Positions 58,896 through 64,000 of a DNA stretch of 64,000 bases are shown one piece after another. Where the stretch lies: contig OZ316891.1 in NCBI GenBank assembly GCA_973895155.1, positions 2,927,801-2,991,800 on the forward strand, given 5' to 3'. The number at the start of each line of letters is the position of its first letter. Position 1 is the stretch's first letter. The translations under genes and the position numbers were made by a program. Source of the stretch: Marsupella aquatica. Its lineage: Eukaryota; Plantae; Marchantiophyta. The notes under the pieces were generated by a model. That model searched no databases and had not been told where the DNA came from. It worked only from the letters and a program-made list of their open reading frames with translations.

Positions 58896-61394
58896 GTGGA
58901 GATTGAACTCATAATGCCATAAAGGAGGGTGAGTTAACAGAGTGAGTAGGGTAATGAGACAGTGAATGTAGCCTAAAATGCCAGCCTGGCTCCAGGATAC
59001 CCTGATTTAAATATAGATGTTACTCTCATGGATCAGAGTGGTGATTCCTTCCAAGTATTGGTTTCTATTTAATATGCATTTGTTGGTTTATACTCAAGTA
59101 ACTCATTCTCTCCATGGGCACCAGGGCTTGTAAACCTCTCGAGAGACCAGATTACTGTAAACATCTTTACAATCATTTTCATGACTGCGAGTTCTTGCTC
59201 AGTTTTGCCAGCTCCAAAACTAGTCCCCCCACCCTCCCAAAATGACAAACGACAAGCCATATCTTCACAAGTCATCTTGAAATGCTAGTCTCATGAATAT
59301 TTATTATTACCTCTTCTTTGGACAACTGTTTGGCCTTTCGTACTGTTTGGCCTGTAATGTGATGCATGTTACAGGTCACTAAAGTACATTTTCAAACCTA
59401 AAACAGAAAACAAATGTCGTATGCTATCAAAAGCAAATATCATCGAATATATGCTAAAAACTTGGTGTTCGTTCCTGTGGAAGAACAAGAATGGGATGAA
59501 AAGATGTTTTAAAGTGTTTTGAGTGGTTTAGAGATGGTACTCAACATCTAAAAGAAAAATAGAATCTTAAACAAAACACAAGGAATTAATAAAATAAGAA
59601 CAAAGTGACATTTGCTGGATAACAGAATCTTAGAGCTTTTAGAGATATAGTTTAGCAATATTTAACTTCGTCACCATGTCTTAAGAAAGAGCTATGGCAT
59701 TATTTGAGACGTTAATAAGTCAAACATAACCTTGCTATAACTGCTCTCTAGGTTTCTATCATAAATCGATGTTTAAGAAGTGTCTATGCTCACAAAACCC
59801 AAGATAAGTTTCGGATTGTGTATATAGTAGTGTGTCATTAAAATGCCGGCAACATGTTTCCTTCTTCAGCGATGCGCAATTCTAAAGAAAAACTAATGCA
59901 CATTCAGTATACCACAATGGTACTTCAAATCCGTGAATTAAGAATGTCGCTACTTCTTAACATATAGATTTCTATTCCTTGATTTCATGCAATACTTATC
60001 TTCCAAAGATAAATCCTTCATGTAAATACAGAAATGGACAACAAATGTTGTAGTTTGGATTAGGCACCGACCAACGGATCTTCTAATACATTCCACAAAC
60101 TGTATTTTTATGGGTTTTACTTCTTACGATAATTGCAACATGCATTACCATACGAAGGAGGGGTAGACTCCTAGCACAAGTAATCAAATTCCAAGGTATG
60201 CGAATCTTCCTTGCAAAATTGCATTACACGTACAAGGGACAAAACTCCAAGATGAGGAGATGCAAATAACTATCCACACTGTCTCAAAATGAGACTGATA
60301 TCACAATAAGTACATGAGATTGCCCACAGGCTAAGGAGAATGAAGAGACATGCCTCTTCATTTCCTAAGTCTAAACTAAGTAAAGTAAAAGTCAACTTTG
60401 ACTAAGGGATAGTCAAATGGTCAAAGCTAAGTATAAGTTGTCGTATAGTGCTAAGTATCAAAAGTGACTCTTCTCACCTAAAACCAGGGTTTCGATCCCT
60501 TTAAGAACAGATTTCAGAATGAATTGTATAACTTTTATCACTCCGAGTGATTTAGAGTCTTGAGCTCTATGTTGACTTCACTTCTCAATAAAAAAAATCG
60601 AATAAACAAACAACAAAGTAACTGAACTTCTGATTTATGAATTAGAGAAGAAATGAGTAAGGATTTAGAGACTACAAGCTGCTACTGCCACTCCTTCAGA
60701 AAGGATTTGGGCTCAGTATAGACATGAAATCTATCTCATAATTCATCCATCTCACTCTTCAAAACACAAAGGTTAATGATAATGGAATTCTCAATCTGAT
60801 GAAGCAGAAGCTTTCTGATTGCAAATGAATGATATGATTTAAAATGCCGTCAACATGGTTTGACATCAGCGATACACAATTCAGTCAAACTCTAAACCAT
60901 ATTCCAGAATCAAAGCAACAGTACTAACTACTCTGAGAATCAGAATTTACTTCTCATTTATCATTAACTATTCTTGAATTGGCTAGCGAATCCCGACTCT
61001 GCAAGCAAGCCTAGCAGTGAATTCAATACGAGTTTCAGAAATCTGCAACTAAATTCAATCACCACAGGAATCTCTTGAATTCAATCTTAACTTCAATCAA
61101 TATAGCTTTACTTCCATACAAAACACTCACAGCATGCCTTGTTACAATGGAAGGAGGAGAAAACTATTCAGAAGACTCAATTCTGAATACAGTATTAACT
61201 CTATTTCTCTCTACTTCAAATGAGCATTCTACTCTGTCTTATAAGTGCTGGAATCCTAAAATGGAGGAGGTAAGAACAGTCGTGCCTTTCCAAGCTTAAA
61301 ACTAAACAAGGGAGAAGCACAGCATAAGTACTTCAACAAGGGTGGTAGAATACTACTTTACTAGTAATCTACTTCAAAAACTAAGTGTTGAGCG

Positions 61395-61660
61395 GACGCT
61401 GCTAGAAGCGTCGGGAGAATCTGGACGCTGCTAGAAGCGTCTTAAGTAAAACCAACGGACGCTGCTCACACTGCTCACAGCGTCAATACTAGGGTGGACG
61501 CTGCTCACAGCGTCGTGTGTTGAAGCTGACGCTTTCCACAGCGTCGGTCGAAATCCTCATAGAGTCTTGGTGGCGGTCGGGCGCTGCCAAAAGCGTCATG
61601 AGGAGGTTGGATGCTTCCGCAGCGTCTTGAGTAAAAGAAACGGGCGCTGGTCACAGCGTC
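61395..61660. repeat. Eight short palindromic repeats GACGCT-N6-AGCGTC with variable spacers, in the putative U3
   Basis: Read directly, e.g. GACGCTGCTAGAAGCGTC, GACGCTGCTCACAGCGTC, GACGCTTTCCACAGCGTC. Confidence 0.85.
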
Positions 61661-61829
61661 GGGCAAAGTACACTAGGAATCGTCAGGAAAGCCGGAGATG
61701 TCAAATATTTCTATAAGTGTCCAGAACAAGTAAATGTTGGCCGGAAGGTGTCTAAAGTGTAAGTAAATCTTGTGATATGCTAAAAATAAACAAGTTTCCA
61801 GAAAAAATTGCAGGGACACCCATACCACA

Positions 61830-61842
61830 TAGCCCTCCACTT
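61830..61842 (-). other. Polypurine tract
   Basis: AAGTGGAGGGCTA abuts a TG LTR start and is nearly identical to the PPT at 2640..2652. Confidence 0.65.
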
Positions 61843-61906
61843 AAATTTCGCCGTGTCCCCACAAGACATGACCGAATTGAATCAGAAGCGAGTGACATGT
61901 TCTTCA

Positions 61907-62272
61907 TTAATAATATTCTGGCTTAATAATCCAAGTAGTGCTCAAAATCATTGACGGGAGTTGGGAGATATCCGAATCCAGAATATAAAAATCGAGGTCA
62001 TGGAATTCTTCTCCGATCTGTATTGGGACTCCTTTAACTCTTCCCCAAAGATTAATGATTCGTCCATCGATTGATATCTGAGCAGATATCGGTTGTACTT
62101 CTTGATGAACAAATTGCTGGCACAGTCTGTGGGAGAGGAAATTAATTCGAGAGCCTGGATCAATAACAAAGTGTTGAATAGCATGTCCTCCCAGTTTGAT
62201 CTTGCCTTCAAAGGAATGTTGGAAAGCACGGGGTAAAGAATTCCAACAATCCATAGTAGCTTTGATGTCCAC
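61907..62272 (-). CDS. Retropepsin-like aspartic protease ORF (121 aa)
   Basis: FVIDPGSRINFLS, GRVKGVPIQIG, LDFYIL and MILSTTWI follow the retropepsin motif spacing. Confidence 0.6.
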   Translation of the reverse strand: MDIKATMDCWNSLPRAFQHSFEGKIKLGGHAIQHFVIDPGSRINFLSHRLCQQFVHQEVQPISAQISIDGRIINLWGRVKGVPIQIGEEFHDLDFYILDSDISQLPSMILSTTWIIKPEYY

Positions 62273-62394
62273 ATGAGCAGATAAATATCAATTCGAAGGA
62301 GAAAGAAGGAAACAATTGCAGGATGCTGCAAAAGTAACGGCTTATATACATATAAATGACAACACCGTTTGATATCTCTCATAAATGGTGTCCT

Positions 62395-63993
62395 TCAAAT
62401 CTGTGTCCTAGATAAAACACCTTGAATAATCACATCCGGATAAGAAGGAATAATAGGTAGGAACGCTAAACACCTAAGCGACTTGAACCCTTGGGAAGCC
62501 GGTAGCATACATTGTTTTGTAATCAACTGCTCCCTTAGCTTAACAAGCTTCTTCTCATATTTAATTGGAATAGCAAACCCACCAGGACAAACCCAAACAT
62601 AGTATGGATAGGGCCATGGAATTTCCGGCACAAGGGGCGGAAATGGAGCTTGAGCTCGTCGAAGCATATACACCCAACACCAAATTTCGAACTCCGAAAA
62701 CTTATGTCGTCTGTCCTTATCAATGGGAGGAACCGCCTTCCCAGGTTCATATGTGCAAATCAAACTACGAATCCTCGGATGGGATGTCATTGGCAAAATC
62801 TGCTGCTGCTGCAAAATGCTCTCCATCTCCAGATGTCGAAAAGCTACTCGAAAATGTTTCTTCTCCCACCTGTGAATTGAAGCCAAATTAGGGATAGGAT
62901 TTCGGGGTGGCAAATCCACTGTATGCCGAAGTCGAGGAGGTACTCTGATAATGCGAGGGTCTTCGTCTTCTTCTCCATCACTTGGTGCTCCTATCCAACG
63001 GAAAATTACATCTGGCATAGCGGAAGGAATCACTGACTCCTTAACTGGTCGAATTGGCAATGTAACAGGAGACGAAGGAGCAGAAGGTTCGGGCTCCAGT
63101 GGTTCAAATTCTTCTCTTGCAACAGTAGCTGGTTGATCTGCAGTGGGATGCATTGGTACTAAAACAGGAAGTTCTTCTTTAAAATTATCGCTAGGTAAAG
63201 AGACTTCCTGGTTAGTTCGATCTGCCAAAAGTACAGGAAGGGGTAGCTCGTCTGTTCCGATAGGTGCTTCTCCCTGTTCAAAATCCTGGGAAGATGCTTC
63301 AGGAAAGATCTGTCGACTGATAGCATGGCGCAACCGTTTCCAAGATTTTCGAGTATACGTCACTGAAAACTCCTCCCGAATGTTTTTATCCTCGTTTGTA
63401 GCCAATGAAACTGGTGCTGAGCTGGTTGTCGAAGCGGGTGTCTCGGGTACCAATATGGGTACAGATATACCCATATTACCAGATACCTGATTGCGACTCG
63501 GAAAACCAGCAGAGCCTCCTTCAATCAACTCATCTTCAGGAGAAACCCATTTTACAGGCGGAAATGAAGGAGCTCCTATCGCGGCTATTGCCTCATCTAA
63601 TTCCTTAGTTATATCCAAAGGAATCGATATGAGTGAACCAGGTGTAGACCAGGCAGGGTATCTTGCGACAGATTGGGGAGAAGTCACTGGTTCACCTACT
63701 TCGTCTATATCCACAATTGCATCCTCCGAATCAACTTTAACCAGCTTCACAATTTCTGAGCTTAATATTTCTGACTCCTGGACCAGAGGGATTTCACCTA
63801 TATTTGGGCTAGAACTAAGAGAGTCGGACGAATCATACTCCTGTAAAGCCTGCAAAGCATCACTATTTGCCTCTATGGGAACCAAAACAGGGGTAGAAGT
63901 AAATCCATCATACTCGTCCTCAGCAGTAGAATGTTGAAGAGGTTCCCCTGAAAAACCTTCTTCATCCACCCTCACCTCATCTTCAACATTCAT
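62395..63993 (-). CDS. Retroelement-associated ORF of unknown function (at least 532 aa; acidic/Pro-rich N-part, Trp/Cys/basic C-part; may extend beyond the window)
   Basis: Long uninterrupted ORF directly upstream of the protease-like ORF. No recognisable gag or pol motif. Confidence 0.55.
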   Translation of the reverse strand: MNVEDEVRVDEEGFSGEPLQHSTAEDEYDGFTSTPVLVPIEANSDALQALQEYDSSDSLSSSPNIGEIPLVQESEILSSEIVKLVKVDSEDAIVDIDEVGEPVTSPQSVARYPAWSTPGSLISIPLDITKELDEAIAAIGAPSFPPVKWVSPEDELIEGGSAGFPSRNQVSGNMGISVPILVPETPASTTSSAPVSLATNEDKNIREEFSVTYTRKSWKRLRHAISRQIFPEASSQDFEQGEAPIGTDELPLPVLLADRTNQEVSLPSDNFKEELPVLVPMHPTADQPATVAREEFEPLEPEPSAPSSPVTLPIRPVKESVIPSAMPDVIFRWIGAPSDGEEDEDPRIIRVPPRLRHTVDLPPRNPIPNLASIHRWEKKHFRVAFRHLEMESILQQQQILPMTSHPRIRSLICTYEPGKAVPPIDKDRRHKFSEFEIWCWVYMLRRAQAPFPPLVPEIPWPYPYYVWVCPGGFAIPIKYEKKLVKLREQLITKQCMLPASQGFKSLRCLAFLPIIPSYPDVIIQGVLSRTQI

Positions 63994-64000
63994 CCGAGAA

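Larger units (their letters stand above)
59358..64000 (-). mobile_element. 3' part of another LTR retroelement (ORF, protease-like ORF, PPT, 3' LTR starting at 61829); left boundary tentative
   Basis: The PPT AAGTGGAGGGCTA followed by TGTGG at 61829 closely mirrors the junction at 2639. A candidate LTR end ...GCATCACA lies at 59358. Confidence 0.6.

Noticed and set aside
59835-59885. Hammerhead ribozyme (CTGAAGA..GAAAC on the minus strand)
   Set aside because: No stem II or properly closed stem III with a cleavage triplet, and the second copy of the motif lacks the CUGANGA core.
61395-61660. CRISPR-like look of palindromic repeats with unique spacers
   Set aside because: Eukaryotic LTR context, repeats only 18 nt and degenerate, spacers short and irregular, and no cas genes.

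Overview
Eukaryotic land-plant genomic DNA, probably a non-seed plant (an inference from the MIKC*-type MADS gene and the Gypsy domain style). It holds two compact host genes, both on the minus strand: a 6-exon MIKC*-type MADS-box gene (20126..18473, 340 aa) and a 6-exon ESCRT-II VPS25 gene (50812..49061, 176 aa). The rest is mostly transposons: a degenerate non-chromovirus Ty3/Gypsy element (13546..825) whose 3' LTR is interrupted by another LTR, a near-complete Ty1/Copia element (39376..45542, TSD GTCTA), two Mutator-type MITEs, a tRNA-derived SINE, and the 3' end of another LTR element at the right edge. The most striking observation is that the Gypsy family has a giant ~4.65 kb LTR that is about three-quarters protein-coding. 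A solo LTR of this family (54070..58705, perfect TSD TTGTG) carries an intact 1199-aa ORF with a basic N-terminus, NLS-like motifs, a plant-transposon/PMD-like core and a long coiled coil. The same ORF, independently disrupted, lies in both LTRs of the full-length element. Coordinates and exon structures were read by eye and no database searches were run.
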